A DNA stretch of 64,000 nt from Candidatus Hydrogenedentota bacterium (lineage in GTDB: Bacteria > Hydrogenedentota > Hydrogenedentia > Hydrogenedentales > JAEUWI01). Shown piece after piece: positions 38,466 to 48,242 of this stretch (positions are counted from its first letter, which is position 1; each line of letters starts with the position of its first letter). The stretch is taken from the NCBI GenBank assembly GCA_034669905.1, contig JAXMOL010000003.1, forward strand, positions 128,001 through 192,000, in the 5' to 3' direction. Both the position numbers and the translations under genes were made by a program. Under the pieces are notes generated by a model, which saw nothing but the letters and a program-made list of their open reading frames with translations, ran no database searches and was not told the DNA's origin.

Positions 38466-40212
38466 GTCCGTCAGCCGGGGGATCTATGGCGGGACGTTGA
38501 TGCCGCTCTATACCAACGTCGATATTTCCATGTTTCCCGGCTATGCCGATGTGAGCTTCGGCAAGGGCAACGACGCGGAATACCAGTTCGACGACCTGCG
38601 CTTCCTGGCGGCTTCTATCAGCGAGCTCTCGGCCAACCGGCGCTACGAATACGACGCCCTGGGTCGGCGCGTGCTCCAGACCGTGATCGATAGCGGGGTG
38701 CCCGTCAACACCTGGTTTGTCTATCCGCCTTCGGCGGACTTCCAGCATGGCGACCGGGTCATCGAGGAATACCGGGACCTGGAGGGTGCCGCGCACCAGT
38801 TGGAGTCACGCTACGTCTACGGGCAATACATCGACGAAGTGCTTCAGCGCGAGTGGGATCAGGGCAGCGATGGCGTCCCGGAAACGGTTCACTACTATCT
38901 CCACGACGACCTGTATCCTCCTACGGCGGACCTTCGGCACGTGGTGGGCATCACCGATAGCGACGGCGCCCTCGTCGAGCGCTACGAATACGGGGAGTAC
39001 GGCGCGCCAGAGGTTTTCCTGGCGGCGGGTGGCTCGCTTGGCGACGAATCGAGCGTCGGCAACCGCTATATGTTCAACGGCCGCGAGTACGACAGCCGCA
39101 CGAATCTCTACTGGTACCGCACCCGCTATATGGACCCGGCTCAGGGCCGCTTCATCGCGCGGGACACCATCGGTGCCTGGGGCGATGCGAACAACCTGGG
39201 GAATCCCTTTTCCTACGTGGGGAACAACCCCTGGAGCGGCCTGGACCCGTTTGGCCTCTACGGCAGCGCGGGTGGCGGCGAGGGCGACCCAATTCGCTGG
39301 AGAATGGAACACTGGAATGAGTACATTAGCCCGGTAGAGGCCGCCTTCCTACACGGAGGGCTGCAAGGGACTGCCGTAGTTATGGATACGGGCTGGCAGT
39401 CGGTGACCCTTGGGCATGGAGAGCGGCATTTCGAGAACGCGGGGGTCTATTCCAACGCCGACCCGGGCATTGTCGCGTCCAAGTTCGTGTCGGTCGTTGC
39501 CGTCGAGGCGGCTATCGCCGCAGGCACCGGCGGGCTGGGCAACGCGGCGCTGCGGGGCGGAGGAACCGCCATTAAAGCGCACCGAGGCCTCCTTGCCTAC
39601 GAGATCGCCGGTGGTGGCGTCCAGGTAGGCGGCGGCGCCTACAAAATATCGCAGGGCGACTACCTCGGCGGAAGCCTGGACTTCCTGGGTGGCACCATGA
39701 TGAGCGGCGGGGGTATGATGAATGCTCGCAGTTTCCGCCAAAGCTCATTGAGCATGGGACGAGGAAGCGGAAGCGGACCGGGTGCCGCACATATTAGCGA
39801 TCCGGCCTTTAATGGGGCTGTCCGTTCCCTGAATCCATCGGACATACGGTTCAGCCAGGCTACCGTATCGCATAATTTCGCCGAAGGTGGTCACACGATA
39901 AGTTCCACTGCGGCCCAACTGCGCAAGGGTGCGGATCCGAATAGTCTGTTTGATAGAATTAATGTTGTTGTGAAGGATGGCCAGTTTATTTCGTTGGACA
40001 ATCGTCGGCTCCGGGCGTTGCAGCGCGGCGGCATCGACGAGGTTGATGTAAACATATTGTCTTTCGACGACCCGAGAGTTCTCGCGGAGTTTAGAAGTAA
40101 GACCCGATTCGGTAATGTCCTACACGGTACAAGGATTCTCACTGTTCCAAGGGCGGCGTCGCACCCGCGTGGACGTATGTTGCTTAAGAAAATGGGAGCA
40201 ATAACCAGGTGA
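38464..40212 (+). pseudogene. RHS core fragment with ParB-like C-terminal toxin (5' part lost at the IS junction)
   Basis: YEYDALGRR, ERYEYGEYG, FNGREYD, YWYRTRYMDPAQGRF, NNPWSGLDPFG cleavage motif; tip IRFSQ...SLDNRRL. Confidence 0.85.
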
Positions 40213-40604
40213 TCGAGGAGATAGAACTAACTGAGAAACTCTTTGCGGAGCACCCTGTTTGGAGGTGGAACGACTCCAGGGATGCGCTTACCCCGGTTGC
40301 ACGGCACGTACCACTGCCAGAGGGAGATGATCTTTGGGTCAGGTCTCGATTCGTGGCACCCAATGAGGACGAATTGTCTGGATATATTGTCGCTAATGTC
40401 TATGGGGTAGAAGGTTTTAGTTTGTTCGTCCATGGCAAAGATTGTATGTTTGGAGAGTACATACAACATGACTTGGCAGCCAATCTGGCGTTCATAAGGA
40501 AGGCGTTTGCTAATCCAGATTGGGAGCTATTTCCTCTCAATTACAGTACGGACTTCCATTTCGAGGGCAAGCCGAATCTGTCAGGCGTTTTCGAGCCGTG
40601 GTGA
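40209..40604 (+). CDS. putative immunity protein for the ParB-like toxin
   Basis: 131 aa, GTGA overlap with the toxin stop, lower GC. Confidence 0.7.
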   Translation: MIEEIELTEKLFAEHPVWRWNDSRDALTPVARHVPLPEGDDLWVRSRFVAPNEDELSGYIVANVYGVEGFSLFVHGKDCMFGEYIQHDLAANLAFIRKAFANPDWELFPLNYSTDFHFEGKPNLSGVFEPW

Positions 40605-40709
40605 GTTCGGGGGGCTAGCGGGAATTGTAGGGACGGACTACCTATATTGATGTCGAATCACTGGTTTTGGTCTTTGGCAGTTGAAAAAATTCTCCCCGTG
40701 CACACCCGT

Positions 40710-40758
40710 TGGGCCGGCGCGTGCTCCAGACCGTACTTGAAGACGGCGTCCCCGTCAA
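40710..40758 (+). pseudogene. ~50-bp remnant of a further RHS copy
   Basis: matches 38660-38708; encodes GRRVLQTVLEDGVPV versus GRRVLQTVIDSGVPV. Confidence 0.75.
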
Positions 40759-40825
40759 AAACCCAGGGACGGACTATGGTTTTCCTGGCTGTCCATCGTA
40801 TCCTGCGTTGCCCGCCTGAAAAAAC

Positions 40826-42220
40826 TCAGGAAATAATATCGTGGACCACGTTGCCATATACATCCGTGAGGCGGTAGTCCCGACCGGCGTAGCGATAGGT
40901 GAGTTGTTCGTGGTCCATGCCCATGAGGTGGAGGATGGTGGCGTGGAGATCGTGGACATGGACGGGTTTGTCGACGGCGTGCCAGCCGTAGTCGTCGGTG
41001 GCGCCGTAGGTGAGGCCGCCCCGGGTCCCGCCGCCAGCCATCCACATGGTGAAACCGAAGGGGTGATGCTCCCGCCCATTGTTGCCTTCGGCGGTGGGGG
41101 TGCGGCCAAATTCGCCGCCCCAGAGCACGAGGGTGTCATCTAACAAGCCCCGGGCCTTGAGATCCTTGAGCAGGCCCGCGATGGGCTTGTCGGTGGCCGC
41201 ACAGTTGTTGGCAAGCTCTTCCTTCAGTCCGCCGTGCTGATCCCAGAGTTGACAGCTGGAGCGTTTCGCGGTCTGGGTGTGGTAGACCTGCACGCAACGG
41301 ACGCCCCGCTCCGCGAGCCGACGGGCCATGAGGCACTGCTTACCAAAGATCTCCGTCGTGGGGTCGTCCATACCATAGAGTTTTTTGGTAGCTTCCGATT
41401 CGCCGTCGATGCCGAACGCCTCCGGCGCTTCCGTTTGCATGCGGTAGGCCAGCTCGAAGGATTCGATGCGTGCATCCAGGCGGCTGTCTGCGGCCCGCGA
41501 CTGGGCATGTTGTCGGTTGAGCTGTGCCAGGGCGTCTAACTGAACGCGCTGGGTGTTCCGGTCGAAGCGCCCATTGGAGAGGTTGTCGATGGGTTGGTCG
41601 AGGTCAGAGACCAGGGTGCCCTGATAGGCCGCCGGCAAAAAGCTCGAGCCCCAGAGCGGCGCGCCCTGGGCCGGTTGGGCGGGGCTCAACACCACAAAGC
41701 CGGGGAGGTCCTGCGTTTCATTGCCGAGGCCATAGAGCAGCCACGACCCGAGACTGGGGCGCGAAAAGGTCTGCTCTCCCGTGTTCATCTGGAGACAGGC
41801 ACCATTGTGGTTGATGTTGTCGGCCACCATGGAGCGGATGACGCAGAGGTCATCGGCGCACGTGGCAAGATGGGGAAGGAGTTCGCTGATCTCCATACCA
41901 CTCTGGCCATGCCGCGCGAATTCCCAGGGCGAGCCGAGCAAGTTGCCCGTCTGGGTGCGGTGGAGGGCCGGTTTCTCGAAGGGGAGGGGCTTTCCGTTTT
42001 CCGTGCGGAGACGGGGCTTGGGGTCGAAGAGGTCCACGTGGGACGGCCCACCCGACATGAAGAGGAAGATGATGCGTTTCGCCTTGGGGATGAGATGGGC
42101 CGGGGCCGCTACCGCCGGGCCATTGCAGAGCCCGGCGAGGCCCAGCATGCCGAAGCCATTGGCGAAGGTGCGCAGGGCTTCGCGGCGGGTCGGGCCTTTG
42201 GCGGTGTACGTTGATTTCAT
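40826..42220 (-). CDS. DUF1501 domain-containing Tat-exported protein
   Basis: TRREAL, AKRIIFLFMSGGPSHVDLFDPKP, ARRLAERGVR, WDQH, GEFGRTP, GREHHP, YAGRDYRLTDV. Confidence 0.9.
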   Translation of the reverse strand: MKSTYTAKGPTRREALRTFANGFGMLGLAGLCNGPAVAAPAHLIPKAKRIIFLFMSGGPSHVDLFDPKPRLRTENGKPLPFEKPALHRTQTGNLLGSPWEFARHGQSGMEISELLPHLATCADDLCVIRSMVADNINHNGACLQMNTGEQTFSRPSLGSWLLYGLGNETQDLPGFVVLSPAQPAQGAPLWGSSFLPAAYQGTLVSDLDQPIDNLSNGRFDRNTQRVQLDALAQLNRQHAQSRAADSRLDARIESFELAYRMQTEAPEAFGIDGESEATKKLYGMDDPTTEIFGKQCLMARRLAERGVRCVQVYHTQTAKRSSCQLWDQHGGLKEELANNCAATDKPIAGLLKDLKARGLLDDTLVLWGGEFGRTPTAEGNNGREHHPFGFTMWMAGGGTRGGLTYGATDDYGWHAVDKPVHVHDLHATILHLMGMDHEQLTYRYAGRDYRLTDVYGNVVHDIIS

Positions 42221-42395
42221 CGGCTCCCCTCCAGTTATGCGTTACGGGTATGGAATATTACTATAGCATAGAGCAACCAGAAGAAAAGCATGACGAACGA
42301 TGCGTGTTGACAGCCCACCCAAGGGGGGGACTGCCAACACGGGGGCATTGCGCGGACCTATTCAGTGGCCGGTCTGCAATCGGCATCCGGTCGGA

Positions 42396-45068
42396 CTATC
42401 GCTGAAGAAAGGCGACAACATTATCACCGTTGGTGGCCGCAAGGTCGACTTTTCCATCGTCGTTGAAATCGCCGGATACAAGGGCCGCGGGGTTGTTGGC
42501 TGCCGTAATGCGTGCTCCATCCTGGAAGGTGCCATCGCCTTTGCCAAGAAAGACGTAGATGTCCGGGCTGGCGCTGACCGCAATGTCTACGTTGCCATCC
42601 CCATCGAAGTCATCTGTTACGACTGGGCCGGGCGTTCCGGTGACCGCGATACGGCGTTCCGCAGCGAAGGTGCCATCGCCCGTACCAATGAGGAGAGAAA
42701 GGTCGCGACTCCCGCGATTTGCCGTCAGCAGATCGGGCGTGTTGTCACCATTCACGTCCAGGGCGAAGATCGAGGCCACCGAGCTGCCCGCGTCATATCG
42801 GACGGCCGCGCCAAAAGAGCCATCGCCTGCGCCGAGCAGGATGGCAACGTCGTCGGTATAGTTATTACCCGTCGCTATGTCGGTGTTTCCGTCCCCATCA
42901 AAGTCGGCGCTCGTCAGCGACTGGGGGGCGGAAAGTCCCACCATGGCCCGTATTTCACCCTGGAAACTCCCATCGCCATTATTCAGCAGCACAGAGACGT
43001 CGTCACTGGAACTGTTTGCTGTGGCCAGATCCACATTGCCGTCGCCATTCCAATCGGCCGCGAGGATCGCATAGGGAAAGTTGCCTACGGACAGGTCTGT
43101 CGTGGCACCAAAGGTGCCATCGCCGTTGCCCGCCACTACAGAAACCGTGCTGCTGCCATTGAGGAGGGCAATATCGAGGGCGGGATCGCCGAGGAACTGG
43201 CCGACCGCGACATCGAAGGAGCCATCGCCTGCACTGCGGAGTTCTGCGCCGAAGGTGCCGTCATTGCGCCCCAGTAATACGGAAAGATCACTGCCAATCG
43301 AATGGGTGGTGATAAAGTCCACGACGCCGTCGCCGTCGAAATCTCCGGTTCGCAAGGTTTGGGGCAACTCGCCCACGGGATAGAGCGCCTCCTCGGCAGC
43401 AAAGGTACCATCCCCCATGCCCGTCAGGACCGAAACATCGTCGGTGTTGTCGTTTGCGATGGTGACATCAAAGTTCCCATCCTCGTTGAAATCGCCCAGC
43501 GCAGCGGCGTAGGGGCTGGCCAGCGCCAGGCGGAAAGCATCTGGGAAGGAACCAGCTCCGTTTCCGCGAAGGACAGTCATGCCATCTCCTTCTTCGCTGA
43601 TAGCCACCAGATCGGAATTGCCGTCCGCGTCGAAGTCCGCAGTGAGGATGGAACTGGAGAAGTCCTCTATCTCCACAAACTGTTCGGCCTCAAAGTTGCC
43701 TAGCCCCGTGCCGAAGAAAATAGAAATGCGATCGCTTCGGCTTTTCGCCAGGGCCAAATCCAGTTCGCCATCCTGATTGAAATCAGCGGTCGTAATGGAG
43801 CGGGGTCCAAAGCCGGAAGTGAGAAGTCGGTCTGCCTGGAAGGTGCCATCACCGTTGCTCAGCAGGAGGGATACCTGGTCGGTGTCGAAATCGGCCGTAG
43901 CCAAATCGACGTTTCCGTCCTTATTGAAATCACCGGCTAGAATCGAGCGGGCAAAGACGTCCTCGGCACCCACGAGCATTTCCAACTGGAAGGTGGCATC
44001 GCCGTTGCCGAGCAACACGGAAACCTTAGCACCATAGCGATTGGCTAGCGCCAGGTCCACCTGACTGTCACCGTTGAAATCGGCCGCCACAACCGCACTG
44101 GCAAAATCGCCACCCACCACGCGCTGTTCTTCCTGGAAGGTACCATCACCATTGCCGAGTACGATCGATACATCACCCCCCTGATTGTTGACCACAGCCA
44201 GGTCCTGATTGTCATCGCCGTTGATATCGGTGACCGTCACCGCAATGGGTGACATGCCCACCGCATAGCGCGTTTCCCGTTGCAGGCTGCCATCGCCATT
44301 GCCCAGAAGGACCGACACGCTGTCATCACGATTGTTTGCCGTGACCACATCGACGTGTCCGTCGGCGTTAAAATCACCGGTCGAAATGCCTTGGGGCGTT
44401 TGGCCCACGGGGAAACGTCGCGGCACGGTAAACAGTGTCTGGGCGAGTAGATTCAATCGGATGGTGCCAACATCGATGGCACCCGCCATGGTGGGGACCT
44501 CTGCGGCTTCACCACGATAGTTATTGTCCGTATCCAGGCGGGCGGAGACCGTGAGGGTGGGACGGGGCTCTGCGGTGCTGTCCACTTCTACCATGAGCGA
44601 AAAAAAGCCGCCCGCGTTGGTGGTGGTGCTGCCACCGAGGTTGGTGGTGATAGTCACATCGGGTGCCGGCTGGTCATCATCGAAAACCACCGAGCCCGTG
44701 ACCGTAGCCGTGAAGGTTTCGCCCTCGCCCTCGCCTTCGCCTTCGCCTTCACCTTCACCTTCACCTTCACCTTCGCCACCACCAGGCCCGGAAGAAAGGG
44801 TGATGTTGACGGAACTGCCACTGCTCACCTGAGTTCCCGCTGTCGGACTCTGGGAAAGGGTGAGGCCGGCGGCAACCGATTCGCTGGGGGCCTCAGCTAC
44901 GCTGCCGAGGACCAGTCCCACATCGACCAGCGCGGTCTGGGCGTCTGTCTGGCTAAGCCCGGCAAGATCTGGCACGGTAATCTGTGGGGTTGTGGGTGGG
45001 CAGCCCACAAGGAATAGGGTCCCGAAAGCAAGTAGTACGAAAGGAACGACTTGGACACGAATTCGCAT
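42396..45068 (-). CDS. lipoprotein with PASTA domain, (GE)n linker and FG-GAP repeats
   Basis: lipobox LVGC, VPDLAGLSQTDA...SQSP, about 12 repeats of the (G/A)DFxxDGxxD...VSVLLGNGDGTF type. Confidence 0.9.
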   Translation of the reverse strand: MRIRVQVVPFVLLAFGTLFLVGCPPTTPQITVPDLAGLSQTDAQTALVDVGLVLGSVAEAPSESVAAGLTLSQSPTAGTQVSSGSSVNITLSSGPGGGEGEGEGEGEGEGEGEGEGETFTATVTGSVVFDDDQPAPDVTITTNLGGSTTTNAGGFFSLMVEVDSTAEPRPTLTVSARLDTDNNYRGEAAEVPTMAGAIDVGTIRLNLLAQTLFTVPRRFPVGQTPQGISTGDFNADGHVDVVTANNRDDSVSVLLGNGDGSLQRETRYAVGMSPIAVTVTDINGDDNQDLAVVNNQGGDVSIVLGNGDGTFQEEQRVVGGDFASAVVAADFNGDSQVDLALANRYGAKVSVLLGNGDATFQLEMLVGAEDVFARSILAGDFNKDGNVDLATADFDTDQVSLLLSNGDGTFQADRLLTSGFGPRSITTADFNQDGELDLALAKSRSDRISIFFGTGLGNFEAEQFVEIEDFSSSILTADFDADGNSDLVAISEEGDGMTVLRGNGAGSFPDAFRLALASPYAAALGDFNEDGNFDVTIANDNTDDVSVLTGMGDGTFAAEEALYPVGELPQTLRTGDFDGDGVVDFITTHSIGSDLSVLLGRNDGTFGAELRSAGDGSFDVAVGQFLGDPALDIALLNGSSTVSVVAGNGDGTFGATTDLSVGNFPYAILAADWNGDGNVDLATANSSSDDVSVLLNNGDGSFQGEIRAMVGLSAPQSLTSADFDGDGNTDIATGNNYTDDVAILLGAGDGSFGAAVRYDAGSSVASIFALDVNGDNTPDLLTANRGSRDLSLLIGTGDGTFAAERRIAVTGTPGPVVTDDFDGDGNVDIAVSASPDIYVFLGKGDGTFQDGARITAANNPAALVSGDFNDDGKVDLAATNGDNVVAFLQR
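44718..44777 (-). repeat. hexamer tandem repeat encoding (GE)10
   Basis: ggcgaa/ggtgaa/ggcgag units on the minus strand. Confidence 0.9.
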
Positions 45069-45445
45069 AGCAACAATAACTCCGTGGCGTTAGTTTGTTG
45101 CGAAAACTGCGCAGGCAGTTCCCGCTTCCAATGGTGTTAGGCATGCGCCCCTTACTCGGATGATGAGACCTGCCCGACTCTCCGCTGAAGGTGTTGAGAG
45201 AAGCCCTGCACACCTTCACTAGAGATTAACATATTTTCTATAGATAGGGACTCTGTAAATAGTAACAGGGAATACTGGAGTGAAGGCAACTGGATTCCCG
45301 GAAAGGGGGGCGGTATGCACATCGTGCGTGCCAAAGAGTAGCGATAGGCCAGGGGGCTGTATGGAAGGGGCGGCGGAAGGAGACCCAAGGGGCATCGGGA
45401 TGAAGTGGGGTAGTGGGTAGGCGAGTTTCCAGGCTCCGGCGCCTT

Positions 45446-46321
45446 TTACCGGGTATGCCGCGTGAAAAAATCAATGGCCCGCACGGCATACGTTTCAAAT
45501 TCCCCGTCATACTCTCCCTTTGGATTTCCGTGGGGTGTGGTGGGCCAGGCAACTTCGACGGTGTAGCCTGCTGTCGTCAGTGAGGCGGCGAATTCCTTCG
45601 CTATACCAAGGCGCGTGTCGAGCGTTCCACACATGACGAGGTAGGGCACCTTGTCTGCACCGACTGCCGGCACCATGCCCGCCGCACCCGCCACCCGAGG
45701 GTCGAAAAGGTCGCCGAGGCGCTCCGGAATCTTCTGCGCGTTTTTCCGGTCGCTTAGAAAGGCGCGGGGCTCGTCCACCGCGCCGAAGCTTTCAATCAGC
45801 AGCCGCCCATCCGGCGTGGACCACGTCCCCGCTGCGAAGGGGGCGCAGGCCTGCACGACTTCAGGATGGGCCAGGGCGAAGCGATGGGTGAACTGGCCGC
45901 CCATGGAATAGCCGTTCAATAGTATTTTGTCGTGGACCTTGAACTCCGCCTGCACTGCCCGGAGTACGGCCAGGAGAAAGGCGGCCTCGCCGAGGGACGG
46001 AAAGCGACTGACCTGCTTGTCGGACGTGATGAACTCCGGTTGAATCACGATAGCGCTCAGCTCCGATTCATCGGCGCGGTGTCGGAGGGCACGGGCTTTG
46101 GGATTCTTCTCCGCGTTGCCGCCCCCACCATGGACCACGACGAGGGGCCAGTAGGTGGTGGTGGGCTCGAAGTCAGCGGGCAGCGCGATGTAGTAGTTGC
46201 GGACTTCGTCGCTGTGTTCCATCGTGCGGTGTTGGGGCGCGGTTTCCTGGGCGTAGGCGTGCCCCGAGGTCAGCAAAATACCGAGGGTGACATATATTGC
46301 GCTGTGGCCAATAGGGTACAT
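45446..46321 (-). CDS. secreted alpha/beta hydrolase (esterase-like)
   Basis: signal-like N-terminus, WPLVVVHGGGG, GYSMGG nucleophile elbow, GTLD, PH; start at ATG 46321 avoids overlap with the upstream gene. Confidence 0.8.
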   Translation of the reverse strand: MYPIGHSAIYVTLGILLTSGHAYAQETAPQHRTMEHSDEVRNYYIALPADFEPTTTYWPLVVVHGGGGNAEKNPKARALRHRADESELSAIVIQPEFITSDKQVSRFPSLGEAAFLLAVLRAVQAEFKVHDKILLNGYSMGGQFTHRFALAHPEVVQACAPFAAGTWSTPDGRLLIESFGAVDEPRAFLSDRKNAQKIPERLGDLFDPRVAGAAGMVPAVGADKVPYLVMCGTLDTRLGIAKEFAASLTTAGYTVEVAWPTTPHGNPKGEYDGEFETYAVRAIDFFTRHTR

Positions 46322-46365
46322 GCCCCACAGGGTAGCACGAATTGGGTGGCGCCTGCGGCCCGGCC

Positions 46366-47037
46366 CTATAGCGACCGGGAATAACGACACCGTGGAAAGT
46401 CTGCGCAGGAGAGGAAGAGGTGTCCTGCGTTTGCTCCTCGCCGGGCGGTACGCTCCACCAGCGGACTGCCGCATTGGGGGCAGTGTTGACCCGCTTCGGG
46501 GAAAGGGCACGCCGCGGATTCCTCCGGCTCTGAAAGGGCGGGCACGCTGCTTTCGCCCGCGAGGGCCTGATTTATCTGGGCGTGGAGCGCTGCCGGATCA
46601 TAGTGGCGCGCCGTGGGAATCATGAGCAGGGGGAAGTGGGCGTTCTTGCAGGCCCCCGCAAGGAATGCGTCTCGCTCCCGTCGGTCCTTTCGCTGGTGAG
46701 AGCGATCGTTGAGTTCGATGGCGCAGCGCATCTGTCCGGTTTCGGCATCGACCAGCACGAAATCAAAATGTTTTCCCGCGATCTTGTTAAAGGAACGCTG
46801 CCACGTGCTGCGGTCCAGTCCCTTCTCGGGCTGCAAGACATCGGCCACCCGCACCTTGCCGAAGACCAGGAGCTCTTCGGGCATTGCCGCGTGCAGGGCC
46901 TGGAGGAAGCGCCACTCCGCCGGGGTGAAGAGTTGTGCCCGTTGGCGATAGGGGTAGCGAGTCCGGGTGTTGCGGGCCACCAGGAATGCCAGACCCAGGA
47001 GAAGGAAGATGAAGACGAAGATAGAGAGGTTTTGCAT
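46366..47037 (-). CDS. DUF2726 domain protein with C-terminal topoisomerase-type C4 zinc finger
   Basis: LFTPAE..F, KVRVADVL, KHFDFVL, IELNDRSH, CPQCGSPLVER...FLSCADFPRCRY. Confidence 0.88.
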   Translation of the reverse strand: MQNLSIFVFIFLLLGLAFLVARNTRTRYPYRQRAQLFTPAEWRFLQALHAAMPEELLVFGKVRVADVLQPEKGLDRSTWQRSFNKIAGKHFDFVLVDAETGQMRCAIELNDRSHQRKDRRERDAFLAGACKNAHFPLLMIPTARHYDPAALHAQINQALAGESSVPALSEPEESAACPFPEAGQHCPQCGSPLVERTARRGANAGHLFLSCADFPRCRYSRSL

Positions 47038-47154
47038 GGCGTGTGTCCCCGGTGAATGCGGTGTGAGGACGGATCATAACAGAGATGCGCACGGAGATTG
47101 GAAGGGGACCAGAGGGGGATGCGTGGCGGATGGGTTGGACGAGCTGCAAAAAAG

Positions 47155-47680
47155 AGTTGAACCACGAATGGACTCGAATTTACACGAATGGTGGCGGTAA
47201 TAGAAGGGCACCGAGAAACTAATGGAGGGTGCTAATCCGCACGCTTCGCGGTAAGTGGTCGTCCCGTTTTGTTCTCTTCCGTGACATTCTGTGCCTTCCG
47301 TGGTCGTACTGCATTTTCTCCCCGCGAGAACGTAGGGTGCTACCACGAGAGGCACGGAAATACACGGAAGGGGCTGAAATAAACGGAAGGCGGTCGACCG
47401 CCTCCAAAAGTTGAACCACGAATGGACTCGAAGTAACACGAATGGTGGCGGTAATAGAAGGGCGCTGAGCAGTTAATGGGTGGTGCTGATCCGTATGGCT
47501 TCGCGGTAAGTGGTCGTCCCGTTTTGTTCTTTTCCGTGACATTCTGTGCCTTCTGTGGTCGTACTGCATTTTCTTCCCGTGTGAACGTAGGGGGGCTACC
47601 ACGGAAGGCACGGAAATTTACGGAAGGCGGTCGGCCGCCTCAAAAAGTTGAACCACGAATGGACTCGAATTTACACGAAT
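47155..47680. repeat. tandem non-coding array: two ~250-bp units plus a third 35-bp head, built from ACCAC-type 9-10-nt periodic motifs
   Basis: agttgaaccacgaatggactcgaa..(t/a)acacgaat at 47155, 47409, 47646; inverted ttccgtgacattctgtgccttc(c/t)gtggt at ~47277 and ~47532; ctaccacg..aggcacggaa at ~47340 and ~47596. Confidence 0.9.
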
Positions 47681-48242
47681 AGCTTTGGCCGCGGAAGAAC
47701 CTGCCGCAGCCCTTGGTTGCAACCCGAAAAAGAGAATCTAAGACACTTATTGCTACGGGACCCTGGTAACGAGTGGGCAATTCAGAATCTTTCTCAAAGG
47801 CACCTTGCATCTTTGCAGACCAAATCGATTTCGGGACGCGCTGATCGAGCAGAAAGCTCGTGGCCAAGGTCTTGTAGTGGCAGACCTGGTCGGCCTCCCA
47901 TCGGGCATCGCGGTTGAGGAGGGGGCCATGATTTTCGCGACGGCGGGGTCGGCCTCTCTACTTGCCCGGGCGTGGAGCAAGAAGGAGCGGGTCTGGCGGG
48001 CGAGGATGTCTTCTACGGCGCGGGCCATTTCTTCGCTTACGGGCGGAGGACTTCTCACTGATTGCGAAGCCCATCTTTGAGTTGTCTTTCACGAGAGAAA
48101 ACCGGTGTAATTGTGCTACGCGGTCCTGCGGATATGCCCCCGGCGTTGGGCCGCTATCGCAGATCGCACCGTTGCAACGGGATGGCGCTTTGCCCATAAT
48201 GAATCTTTCGGGACGCCCAACCTACGGGGAGAAAGGCAGACG

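Noticed and set aside
45319..45335. sigma54 promoter (TGGCACG on the minus strand) upstream of the FG-GAP lipoprotein
   Set aside because: The conserved GC is not at the required -12 spacing; other TGGCAC hits checked also failed
47155..47680. CRISPR array (three 35-bp direct repeats)
   Set aside because: Intervals are over 200 bp and near-identical to each other, and no cas genes are present
47690..48075. Short minus-strand ORFs (47753-48058, 47640-47867) as a gene or frameshifted pseudogene
   Set aside because: No recognisable motif or clear RBS; cannot be supported without a search
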